Of a stretch of DNA of 56,717 nucleotides, positions 43,209-51,448 are shown piece by piece. Below the pieces are notes generated by a model. The model did no database searches. It was not told where the DNA came from and saw nothing but the letters and a program-made list of their open reading frames with translations. Origin of the DNA: Acidobacteriota bacterium (GTDB taxonomy: Bacteria; Acidobacteriota; Vicinamibacteria; Vicinamibacterales; UBA2999); the NCBI GenBank assembly GCA_022842985.1, contig JALHON010000001.1, forward strand, positions 1-56,717. The letters are read 5' to 3'. The translations under genes were made by a program, and so were the position numbers. How positions within the stretch are numbered: position 1 is the stretch's first letter; each line of letters begins with the position of its first letter.

Positions 43209-46097
43209 ATGCAGGCACGGGTTCGAGCGGTGATGGTGGCGGTCGTGATGCTGGCGTGGCCGGCGGCGTTCGCGCACGGACAGGGACAGGCGATCGACGG
43301 GATCATCGAAGGCATCGTACGAGGGGCCGAGGGCGGCGCGCCGATGGCCGGCGCCACCGTGCGCGCCTTCAATGCCGGCACGGGCTACGAGCGTGTGGTC
43401 GTCAGCGACACCGCCGGCCGCTACGGCATGCCGCTCATGCCGCCCGGCGAATACGTGGTCTTCGTCGAGGCGCCCGGCGTGGCCGGCATGAACCGCACCG
43501 GCCTGATGCTGCGGGCCGGTCAGGTGCTGACGATCGAGTTCGAGATGTCGAACACGGCCTTCGCGGAAGCCGTGCAGGTCACGGCGGCGCAGCCCACCGT
43601 CGAAGTGGGCCGCACGGTGCAGTCGAACACCTACGACGAGCGCATCGTGCGCTCCGTGCCCACCATCGGCCGCAGCATTCTCGACTTCTTCGTCCTGCAG
43701 CCTGGCGTGAACGCGCCGCCCCTCTCGACCGGCGGCTCCGGCACGGGCACGCCGAGCACGGTCTATGGCGGACTCGGTTTGCGTCAGATGAACGTGGACG
43801 GCGTCTCGAACAACCTCCAGGGCGGCGCCCGCAACCTCGTCATCAGCCAGGAAGCGGTGCAGGAGTTCCAGACCGTCACCAACTTCTCGGCCGAGTTCGG
43901 CCGCGTCGGCGGCGGCATCCAGAATGCCTTCACGCGCTCGGGCACCAACGCCTACCGCGGCTCGGCGTATCTCTTCACGCGTCAGGACTGGCTGGCCGAA
44001 CGTCCCTTCCTGCTGGCGCCGACGGCACCCGATCCGGAGTTCCAGCGCTACAACTACGGCACCACGATCGGCGGTCCGGTGAAGAAGGACAAGTCGTTCT
44101 TCTTCCTGAGCTACGAACGCTGGTCGCAGGATCTGCCGGTGGTATCCACCATCGCGCCGGCCAACGCGGCGGTGCTCGGCATTCCGGCGAGCAGCATCGG
44201 CGCCTGGACGTCGACGTTCCGCGCGCACACGATCACCGCGCGCAATGACACCCAGCTGAACGCCGCGCACCGCCTGTCGTTCCGCTTCAACTACTACTAC
44301 GACCGCGAGTCGCCGCTCGGCGGCGGCCTCATCGCCCGGGAAGTGGCGGCGCGGTTCGACGAGAGTCCGATCTCCTACACGACGCAGCTGGTGTCGGTGC
44401 TGCGGCCGAATCTCGTGAACGAAGCACGCGTGTTGTACGCCACGCGCAGCATCTCGAACGGCGTCTCCGCCGACCCTGATGCGCCGAACATCGACATCAG
44501 CGGGATCGGCAGCTTCAACGGCAACAGCAACGGCACGCGCCGGACGCGCGAGGCCGGCATCCACATCGTGAACAACCTGACCTGGACGGCGGGCCGCCAC
44601 GCGGTGAAGGCCGGCATCGACCTGCTGCCCGTGAGCTTCCGTGAGCGCACGACCAACATCAACGGCTCGTTCGTGTTCGGCGGCCTCACGGCCGTGACCG
44701 GCGGGCGCGGCGCCGTGACGCCGCTCGATCAGTTCCTGCTGACCCAGCAGGGCGCCATCGACCCCTCCACCGGGCGGCCCTACTCCTACTCGCGCTTCAC
44801 GCAGAACATCGGGGCCGAGTTCTTCACCGCGAGGACGTTCAACCAGGGCTACTTCGTGCAGGACGACATCCGTCTCACCGACCGTCTCAAGCTGAACGTC
44901 GGCCTGCGCTACGAGTACTTCGGGCGTCCGGACGCCAACCCCAACCCGGCGCTGCCCATCACCGGCAGCTTTCCGGCCGACACCAACAATTGGGCGCCGC
45001 GGCTCGGTCTGGCGTATGACCCGACGGGCAGCGGCCGCACGGTGCTGCGCGCCGGCGCTGGCCTCTACTACAACGTGGTCGTGGCGCAGACCTACAACAC
45101 GTTCCTGCGCGGCAACGGCATCGACGTCGTGGGCGTCAACGTGACGCCGACCACGCCGGGCGCCCCGGCGTTCACGCGCGGCAAGGTGCAGCCGCCCACG
45201 GGCGTGAGTGTCGTCTCCGACGTGCGCGCCATGGCGAGTGACTTCGAAGACCTGCAGGTGGCGAGCTGGTTCGGCACGTGGGACCAGGAACTCTTCGCCG
45301 ATACGGCTCTCTCGCTCACCTACCAGGGCAACAAGACCAGCAACCTGCCGGTCGCCCTCAACACCAATCTGCGTGAGGTGGGCGTGCTGCCCGATGGCCG
45401 GCGTCAGTGGTCCACCACCAACCGGCCCGACCCGCGCTTCGGCAACATCTTCGTGTCGTCCTCGGTGGGCGAGCAGCGCTACGACGGCCTCGTGGCCACG
45501 CTCACGAAGCGTTACTCGCACGGCTACAGCGTGCAGCTGTCGTATCACCTGTCGAAGACGCGCGGCACGGCCTTCGTGAACGACTTCACGGGGTTCGGCG
45601 TGTTCACGTCGCCCTCGGATCCGCTGGACCCCTCGGTGGACGACGGCCCGTCGGACTTCGACATGCGCAACCGCTTCTCGGCCACCGCGGTGTGGCAGCC
45701 TGCGTTCACGGGCCTCGGTGGTGTGGCCGCGGCGCTCCTGAACGGCTGGAAGTTCTCGACGCGGGTCATCGCGTCCGACGGCTTCCGCTTCAACGCCACG
45801 ACGGGGCAGGACACCAACGGCGACACCGTGTTCAACGACCGGCCGTCGGGCCAGGGTTACAACAGCTTCGAGCTGCCGGCCTATGTCACCACCGACCTGC
45901 GCCTCGACCGCACGGTCACCATCGGCGGACGCTCGCTCGAGCTCATCGCCGAGGGGTTCAACCTCACGAATCGCCTGAACCCCACGAACGTGAACCGCAC
46001 GTGGGGGCCGAACGCCACGGCCAACGCCAACTTCAATACACCCACGGCCGCCGAAACCGCGCGGCAGTTCCAGATCGCCGTCCGGTTCTCGTTCTGA
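43209..46097 (+). CDS. CarboxypepD_reg-type TonB-dependent receptor-like outer-membrane protein (intact paralogue of 31585..34441)
   Basis: In the frame of ORF 43116..46097 from ATG 43209 (AGGAGG upstream). Signal peptide. GIVRGAEGGAPMAGATVRAFNAGTGY...GRYGMPLMPPGEYVV. Ends in ...QIAVRFSF. Confidence 0.85.
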   Translation: MQARVRAVMVAVVMLAWPAAFAHGQGQAIDGIIEGIVRGAEGGAPMAGATVRAFNAGTGYERVVVSDTAGRYGMPLMPPGEYVVFVEAPGVAGMNRTGLMLRAGQVLTIEFEMSNTAFAEAVQVTAAQPTVEVGRTVQSNTYDERIVRSVPTIGRSILDFFVLQPGVNAPPLSTGGSGTGTPSTVYGGLGLRQMNVDGVSNNLQGGARNLVISQEAVQEFQTVTNFSAEFGRVGGGIQNAFTRSGTNAYRGSAYLFTRQDWLAERPFLLAPTAPDPEFQRYNYGTTIGGPVKKDKSFFFLSYERWSQDLPVVSTIAPANAAVLGIPASSIGAWTSTFRAHTITARNDTQLNAAHRLSFRFNYYYDRESPLGGGLIAREVAARFDESPISYTTQLVSVLRPNLVNEARVLYATRSISNGVSADPDAPNIDISGIGSFNGNSNGTRRTREAGIHIVNNLTWTAGRHAVKAGIDLLPVSFRERTTNINGSFVFGGLTAVTGGRGAVTPLDQFLLTQQGAIDPSTGRPYSYSRFTQNIGAEFFTARTFNQGYFVQDDIRLTDRLKLNVGLRYEYFGRPDANPNPALPITGSFPADTNNWAPRLGLAYDPTGSGRTVLRAGAGLYYNVVVAQTYNTFLRGNGIDVVGVNVTPTTPGAPAFTRGKVQPPTGVSVVSDVRAMASDFEDLQVASWFGTWDQELFADTALSLTYQGNKTSNLPVALNTNLREVGVLPDGRRQWSTTNRPDPRFGNIFVSSSVGEQRYDGLVATLTKRYSHGYSVQLSYHLSKTRGTAFVNDFTGFGVFTSPSDPLDPSVDDGPSDFDMRNRFSATAVWQPAFTGLGGVAAALLNGWKFSTRVIASDGFRFNATTGQDTNGDTVFNDRPSGQGYNSFELPAYVTTDLRLDRTVTIGGRSLELIAEGFNLTNRLNPTNVNRTWGPNATANANFNTPTAAETARQFQIAVRFSF

Positions 46098-46189
46098 CCG
46101 CGGGTCCCATGCTGCGACGATTCCTTGCGCCCTTGCTGGTGCTCGCGCTCGGTCTGCTCCTGATGCCCTGACCCGCGCGGGCTGCGGTA

Positions 46190-46570
46190 CAAGAAAACGG
46201 GCACCCGAATCGATCCGGGTGCCCGCCTTCCGCTCACGTTGCAGCGTGAGCTCTTTCGGTCCGTGCGGTCCCTCGCCAGCGCGCGTGCCGCACGCGCCGT
46301 CTCATTCGTCGACCTGGCGTTCGAACGCCGTTACCGGATCGGCGCGCCGCAGGGCGCGCGGGTGTCCGGACCGGACGACCAGTCCTGGTGGCGTGACCAG
46401 CCTGGGATGAATGAGGCGTGCGCGCTCGGGAACCCGCGCTACGAAGGCGGCATGGAGCCCGGTGGATCCTCGCTCGCGACGGCTGTCATCGTGCGACCTC
46501 CTTCCGTGCCGGGGCCTCGGTGTCGGGCGGTGCAGCGGGCCCCGTCGCCGTGCGGCGAACGCTGCATCTT
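46190..46570 (-). ncRNA. candidate unclassified structured RNA (or non-coding transcript), about 380 nt
   Basis: Bounded by the promoter-like element at 46576..46604 and the terminator at 46198..46225. No frame has the high third-position GC of neighbouring genes. It contains many GC hairpins. I could not match it to RNase P, tmRNA, SRP or 6S RNA by eye. Confidence 0.3.
46198..46225 (-). terminator. canonical intrinsic terminator oriented for the minus strand
   Basis: 10-bp GC stem (CGGGCACCCG / CGGGTGCCCG) with an 8-nt loop. On the minus strand it is followed by TTTTCTTGT. The plus strand has no T-tract after the stem. Confidence 0.6.
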
Positions 46571-46575
46571 CCGCC

Positions 46576-46604
46576 ACCCTACGCCTCGCATGCCGAGGTG
46601 TCAA
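46576..46604 (-). promoter_or_regulatory. sigma70-like promoter TTGACA-N17-TAGGGT on the minus strand
   Basis: Reverse complement of 46599-46604 is TTGACA, and of 46576-46581 is TAGGGT (TAnnnT). The spacer is exactly 17 nt. Confidence 0.4.
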
Positions 46605-46685
46605 GCCCGGCCACGGTTTGTGACGGCTGAGTCCGCGCTTCGCGGTATCGTGTGAAGCGCGCGTTTGCCGCGCAGGAGAACATCC

Positions 46686-47501
46686 GTGGTGATCATTCGA
46701 GGTCTTGCTGCTGTTGCCGTCATGCTCGCAGGCGCGGCGTGTTCCGCGCCGCCGGCATCCACGTCCGCACCGGCATCCGCGCCCGCACCGGCTCCCGCCG
46801 GCGCTTCGGCGGGCAGCAGCGCCGGCAGCACGGCGGGCGCCGAGGCCGGCACGATCCGCGGTGTCGTCGCGGAATCGATGAACTCCGGCGGCTACACGTA
46901 CGCGCGGCTCACGGCCGGCGGCAAGGACACGTGGATTGCCGGCAGCGAGTTCCCGGTGAAGGTGGGCGACCAGCTCACTGCCGCGGTCGACATGCCGATG
47001 GAGAACTTCCACAGCCGCACGCTCAATCGCGACTTCCCGCTGGTCTATTTCGTGCGGGAGGTGGCGCTGAACGGCCAGGCGATCACGGCGGCGGCGGCCG
47101 GCGGGTCGATGCCCGCGCTGGCTGGCAGTCACGGCGGCGGCGACGCCATGGCCGCGGACGAACCCGAGGAGCCCACGCTCATTGCCGCCGTGCCCCCGGT
47201 GCCCGGCAGCGTGAAGATCGCGGACGTCTGGGCGAAGCGCGCGGCACTCTCGGGCAAGCCGCTCGTGCTGCGCGGGCAGATCGTCAAGGTCAACCTCGCC
47301 ATCATGGGCGCCAACTGGTACCACCTGCAGGATGGCAGCGGCGTCGTCAAGGACGGCACGCACGACCTCGTCGTGACGAGCGCCGCCGAGTTCAAGGCCG
47401 GTGACATCGTGACGGTGAATGGGACGCTCACGACCGACAAGGACTTCGGCGCCGGGTATTCCTACGAGGCCATCGTCGAACGCGCCGACATCCGGAAGTA
47501 G
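46686..47501 (+). CDS. lipoprotein with two OB-fold-like repeats, function unknown
   Basis: In the frame of ORF 46665..47501. AGGAGA lies 6 nt before GTG 46686. Lipobox MLAGAAC. Ala/Ser/Pro linker, then two related beta-rich modules. Confidence 0.65.
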   Translation: MVIIRGLAAVAVMLAGAACSAPPASTSAPASAPAPAPAGASAGSSAGSTAGAEAGTIRGVVAESMNSGGYTYARLTAGGKDTWIAGSEFPVKVGDQLTAAVDMPMENFHSRTLNRDFPLVYFVREVALNGQAITAAAAGGSMPALAGSHGGGDAMAADEPEEPTLIAAVPPVPGSVKIADVWAKRAALSGKPLVLRGQIVKVNLAIMGANWYHLQDGSGVVKDGTHDLVVTSAAEFKAGDIVTVNGTLTTDKDFGAGYSYEAIVERADIRK

Positions 47502-47549
47502 CGCGCGGGGCCGCGCCGGGCCGTCTGCCGCGCCAGCGCCGGCCGGCCG

Positions 47550-49136
47550 CTACGGCGTGAGCGTGACTGGCAGCGCTGCGCCGTAGAGCATCGTGCGGTC
47601 ATTGTCTTTCGCGGCCCACGTGACGAGCGTCTCGACGCTCTTCTGCACGAGGCCGGTGAACACCGTGCGGCCGTCGGCCACGACCGTGACCGGCCGGCTG
47701 AAGTCGATGACTTCGGGCGAGAGCAGCAGCGTGAACGCGGCGACCCCGCGCGTGGTTGCCCGCACGGTGTTGCCCTCGCGCACGACGTCCACGCGTCCCG
47801 CCGCGCGCGGCGACGGGAAGAGCGGCGTCACCTTCGGCACGAGCGTGGGCTGATAGGTGCCCTTGAGGTCCACGGTCTGCCGCGTGGAGCCGCGCTCCAC
47901 CTCGAAGTGCAGCGCCTCGCCGGCCTGGTAGATCCCGAGGAAGTCGGTCAGCTCGAGCGCCTCCGGCAGCTGCCGGCCATTGATGGCGGCCACGAGGTCG
48001 CCCGGCTGCAGCCCGAACGCCTGGGCGTTCGAACCGGCGAGCACGGTGGTGACGCGCATCCCGTTCGACCGCACGCCGAAGTTCGGCTCCTCGCCGGCCG
48101 TGAAGTTGTTGAGGTCGGGCAGATCCTCGCCCGGCCGCGCCTGCGCCAGCCGGTCGATGACGAGCCAGTGGGCGCGGTTGCGGCTCGTCGTGCTGTCGGT
48201 CTGCCATGTGAGCCGTGCCGGATGTGGTTCGCGCGGATGCGCCGCCACGAAGCGCTCGAAGTCGTCCTTCACCGTGGGCCACCACGCCGTGTTGTGTCCG
48301 GCCTCGGGCTGCGGCTTGTATTCCATCGTCAGGCCGCCGGCCTGGAACTGCTTCAGGTACGGCTCGACACGCGCCGCCGGATACAGCGGGTCCTGGCCGC
48401 CGTTCACGACGAAGAACGGCTTGTTTGTGAGGTTGTGCGGAAAGAGCGCCCCGCGCAGGCCGAGGTCACGATTGCGCAGCACCATGATGAAGCCGTTGAG
48501 CGGCAGGAAGCCCGCATACGGCGTGGTGTCGCGCATCGCGACGTAGAAGGCGGCGGTGCCGCCGTCGGACACGCCCGAGAGCACGACGCGGTTTTCGTCC
48601 ACGTTCCAGGTGCGCTTGACCTGATCGAGGATCGCCGGCACGTTCACGTCCTGCAGCGGACCCCACCACGGCGCCTCGGCCCAGGCCTGCGGCAGCACGT
48701 AGATCTGCTCGGCGCCGGCCAGCGCGCCAATCGAGCCATCGCCGCGCGCCACCGGATCCGGCCGGCCCACGCCGCCGTGGAGCTGCACGCGCACCTGGTA
48801 CCGTCTGGTGGCGTCGTAGCTGGCCGGCACATCCACCGTGAAGGGATAGGTCGTGGCCTCCATGCTGCGCGTGAGCTTCTGCACGCCGCGCGGGGCGTTC
48901 GGGTCGTAGGGCCGGCCCTGGCGCAGCCGCGCGTAGGCGGTGTCGAAGGTCACGCCAGACTGCACGACGGCGGGCGCGGCCGCGGTCGCCTCCGCTACGG
49001 TGGTGGCGGCCCAGAAGGCGGCGAACGCTGCGCCAATCGCCGGCGCCTGCGCGGTGCCGCCGGCGCCAGGCACGGCCGTGGCCAGCGCCAGCGCACCCAT
49101 CGTGAGGAACAGCCCAGGGCGGGTGAGTGCACGCAT
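47550..49136 (-). CDS. secreted alpha/beta hydrolase (esterase/peptidase-like) with PDZ domain
   Basis: In the frame of ORF 47550..49565 from ATG 49136. Signal peptide. Nucleophile elbow VVLSGVSDGG. PDZ-like GLQPGDLVAAINGRQL. Confidence 0.75.
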   Translation of the reverse strand: MRALTRPGLFLTMGALALATAVPGAGGTAQAPAIGAAFAAFWAATTVAEATAAAPAVVQSGVTFDTAYARLRQGRPYDPNAPRGVQKLTRSMEATTYPFTVDVPASYDATRRYQVRVQLHGGVGRPDPVARGDGSIGALAGAEQIYVLPQAWAEAPWWGPLQDVNVPAILDQVKRTWNVDENRVVLSGVSDGGTAAFYVAMRDTTPYAGFLPLNGFIMVLRNRDLGLRGALFPHNLTNKPFFVVNGGQDPLYPAARVEPYLKQFQAGGLTMEYKPQPEAGHNTAWWPTVKDDFERFVAAHPREPHPARLTWQTDSTTSRNRAHWLVIDRLAQARPGEDLPDLNNFTAGEEPNFGVRSNGMRVTTVLAGSNAQAFGLQPGDLVAAINGRQLPEALELTDFLGIYQAGEALHFEVERGSTRQTVDLKGTYQPTLVPKVTPLFPSPRAAGRVDVVREGNTVRATTRGVAAFTLLLSPEVIDFSRPVTVVADGRTVFTGLVQKSVETLVTWAAKDNDRTMLYGAALPVTLTP

Positions 49137-49377
49137 GCGGCCGCACGTTATCACGGCCGAGTTGCCGGGGCGGAGGGCGTGCGGCTGCCGGGGTGGGACG
49201 TGCGGCAATGACACGTCCGTCGTTCCGGATCCGGACATCGGGTGGTGGTGAACGGGACGAGCGGCGGGATGAATCGCGGGCGTCGCCGCGCGATCCGCCG
49301 AAATCCGGCCGGAACCCGCGTGTTGCGGGCAGGAGGCGCGGCTGGCATGGTCCTCGCCTATACCAGGGCAGGTCGGC

Positions 49378-49614
49378 ATGGACAGGCCCCGCATCAGACC
49401 CTCACGCACCCGCCGCTGGACATCGCGCGCCATCCTCACGCTCGGCGCGCTCGTGCTTTCGGTCACCCCTGTCGTTTCCCTCGGGGCGTGGCTCGTGATG
49501 TCCGATCCGGCGGTGGCGGCCGATGTCGCCGCCGAGGGCGATCTCTGGCCCATCGTGCGCGCCATCGTCGAGACGATCGGCGACGCGGTGCGCGATCTGC
49601 TCGCGATGTTCTAG
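49378..49614 (+). CDS. 78-aa hypothetical single-TM protein
   Basis: ORF 49378..49614. High third-position GC. Arg-rich N-terminus, then a TM helix AILTLGALVLSVTPVVSLGAWLV. Confidence 0.45.
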   Translation: MDRPRIRPSRTRRWTSRAILTLGALVLSVTPVVSLGAWLVMSDPAVAADVAAEGDLWPIVRAIVETIGDAVRDLLAMF

Positions 49615-49624
49615 AGGCCGGACG

Positions 49625-50683
49625 CTAGCCGGCGGCCGCGACGAGCGCGTCCACGTCCGCGGCGGACGTGCGGAACGACGTCAGCAGCCGGATGAACACC
49701 TCGTGCTCGCCGACGGTGTCGGTGCCCGGACCCTCGCCTGGCCACACGAGATACCGCGCGCCCTGCGCCTGCAGGCGCTCGTGCAGCGCGCGCGGCACGA
49801 TGGCGAAGACGGCATTGGCGTCGACCGGCAGCGGCAGGCGCACGCCGGGCAGGGCGCGGAAGGCCGCGGCCAGCCGGTCGGCCATCGTGTTGGCGTGGCG
49901 GGCGTTGCGCAGCCAGCGGTCGTCGGCCAGATAGGCGAGCATCTGCGCGGCGAGGAACCGGTTCTTCGACACGAGCTGCCCCGTGCGCTTGCGCAGGTAG
50001 CGGAAGTCGGTGGCGAGCGCGGCGTCGAAGAACACCACGGCCTCCACGCCCATCGCGCCGTTCTTCGTCGCGCCGAAGGAGAGCACATCCACCCCCGACT
50101 TCCACGTGAGCTCGGCCGGCGTGCAGGCAAGACGCGCGAGTGCGTTGGCGAAACGGGCGCCGTCCATGTGCGTGCGCAGGCGCCGCTCGCGGGCGACGGC
50201 AGCGAGCGCCGCGACCTCGGCCGGCGTGTAGACGGTGCCGAGTTCCGTCGCCTCGGAGATCGAGAGCACGCTCGGCCGCTGTTCGTGTTCGCCGCGGCCG
50301 AGGGTGGCAAAGAGCGCGGCCACCGTGGCCGGCGTGACCTTGCCGCCGGCGCCGCGCGCGCCCATGAGGCGGGCGCCGCCGCTGAAGAGTTCCGGCGCGC
50401 CGCATTCGTCCACGACGATGTGCGCTTCGTGGTGGCACACGACGGCGCCGTACGGCGGGCAGCACGCGGCCAGCGCGAGCGAGTTCGCGGCGGTGCCGGT
50501 GACCACGAGGAAGGCAGCGACGTCGCGCTCGAACACTTCACAGAGGCGCGCTTCGGCGGCGAGCGTCCAGTCGTCGTAGCCGTAGGCGCGAGCCGTGCCG
50601 GCGTTGGCCTCGCCGAGCGCCGTGAGGATCGCCTCGTCCACGCCGTGTACGTTGTCGCTGTTGAAATTCATGGGCGTCAGCAT
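49625..50683 (-). CDS. ltaE: low-specificity L-threonine aldolase (beta-eliminating lyase family, PLP)
   Basis: In the frame of ORF 49625..50854 from ATG 50683 (50671 is an alternative). NFNSDNVHG, VTGTAANSLAL, HMDGARFANA and the PLP lysine context SFGATKNG. Confidence 0.85.
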   Translation of the reverse strand: MLTPMNFNSDNVHGVDEAILTALGEANAGTARAYGYDDWTLAAEARLCEVFERDVAAFLVVTGTAANSLALAACCPPYGAVVCHHEAHIVVDECGAPELFSGGARLMGARGAGGKVTPATVAALFATLGRGEHEQRPSVLSISEATELGTVYTPAEVAALAAVARERRLRTHMDGARFANALARLACTPAELTWKSGVDVLSFGATKNGAMGVEAVVFFDAALATDFRYLRKRTGQLVSKNRFLAAQMLAYLADDRWLRNARHANTMADRLAAAFRALPGVRLPLPVDANAVFAIVPRALHERLQAQGARYLVWPGEGPGTDTVGEHEVFIRLLTSFRTSAADVDALVAAAG

Positions 50684-50759
50684 TCTGCCACGCAGCCCGC
50701 CGGGTGCTCGTCCGTCGGCCCGGCGACGCCAGCCATCGGCAACGCGGGTACGATGGGGT

Positions 50760-51401
50760 ATGTTCGTCGGACGCCGGTTGTTCCTGCGCCTGAGCGCGAT
50801 GGCTACCCTCGTGGCGGCGGCCACGCCCTCGATGCTGGCTGGCACCAGTGGCAATCGCTATAGCAACCGCCGGCTCGGCCTGTCGCTCACCAAGCCCGAG
50901 GGCTGGCGCTTCCTGTCGGTGGTCGACTTCAATGCCGCAGCCGATCGTCAGCTCGTGCACATCGACGACCCCGAGGTGCTCGACATCCTGCGGGCGCCGG
51001 AGGCGGTGCCGTTCCTCGCGGTGACCAAGTACGCGGCTGGCTACGACGATCTGAACCCCTGCTTCACCTGCTGGGACGAGCCCATCGAGCCCGCCTGGGG
51101 CGATGCGCGTGCGTGCCATGTCGAAGCTCTCGACGGCTGGACACGATTGCTGAGCGAGGTCGACGTGGCCACCGAGCCGACGCCCTTCACCATGACCTGC
51201 GGCACGGCAGCCACCTTCTCAGCCTGGTCGTTCCGGTTCGATCACGACTCGGGCCGCAGTTGGCCCGTCCGCGTCCGCACGCTGCTCGTGCACCGCGGCG
51301 CGCGCATGCAGACGTTCCACTTCATGGACGGCGTGACGCAGGGCGCCGACGCGTCAGACGAATTGAAGCGGGTTGCCGCGTCGCTCGCCTACGAGGCGTA
51401 G
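50760..51401 (+). CDS. hypothetical exported protein with Tat-like signal
   Basis: In the frame of ORF 50595..51401 from ATG 50760. MFVGRRLFLRLSAMATLVAAA. No family recognised. Confidence 0.55.
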   Translation: MFVGRRLFLRLSAMATLVAAATPSMLAGTSGNRYSNRRLGLSLTKPEGWRFLSVVDFNAAADRQLVHIDDPEVLDILRAPEAVPFLAVTKYAAGYDDLNPCFTCWDEPIEPAWGDARACHVEALDGWTRLLSEVDVATEPTPFTMTCGTAATFSAWSFRFDHDSGRSWPVRVRTLLVHRGARMQTFHFMDGVTQGADASDELKRVAASLAYEA

Positions 51402-51448
51402 CCGCGACGAGCCGCCAGGCGCGCCTCCACCAGGCCGCGCGCCGGGCA

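Noticed and set aside
43095-45548. 817-aa minus-strand ORF
   Set aside because: It is an antisense shadow of the intact TonB-receptor-like gene at 43209..46097.
46109-46171. 20-codon hydrophobic ORF (MLRRFLAPLLVLALGLLLMP) just after the TonB receptor stop
   Set aside because: It has no SD, is very short, and could be a chance hydrophobic reading of GC-rich DNA. I cannot support it without conservation data.
46439-46489. 16-codon minus-strand ORF behind a strong GGAAGGAGG-N7-ATG
   Set aside because: I did not call it as a CDS. It is too short, is not hydrophobic or otherwise distinctive, and none of the three frames downstream has coding-like third-position GC. It is mentioned under the ncRNA finding as something to test.
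46239-46655. 138-aa plus-strand ORF, and 46302..47363 minus-strand ORF, in the long intergenic region
   Set aside because: Both have Arg/Pro/Ser-rich composition and roughly 65-72% third-position GC, against about 85-95% in neighbouring genes. The minus ORF also runs antisense through the well-supported lipoprotein gene.
46222-46660. Possible RNase P RNA, tmRNA, SRP RNA or riboswitch
   Set aside because: Local resemblances exist: GGGCTCCAT on the minus strand, and GGGATGAATGAGG...GGGAACCCGCGCTAC on the plus strand. But the invariant RNase P elements GGAAAGUCC and ACAGAA..GGCUUA are absent or in the wrong order. There is no tRNA-like 3' end with CCA context for tmRNA and no GGAA/AGCA SRP domain IV motif. 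I kept it only as an unclassified candidate.
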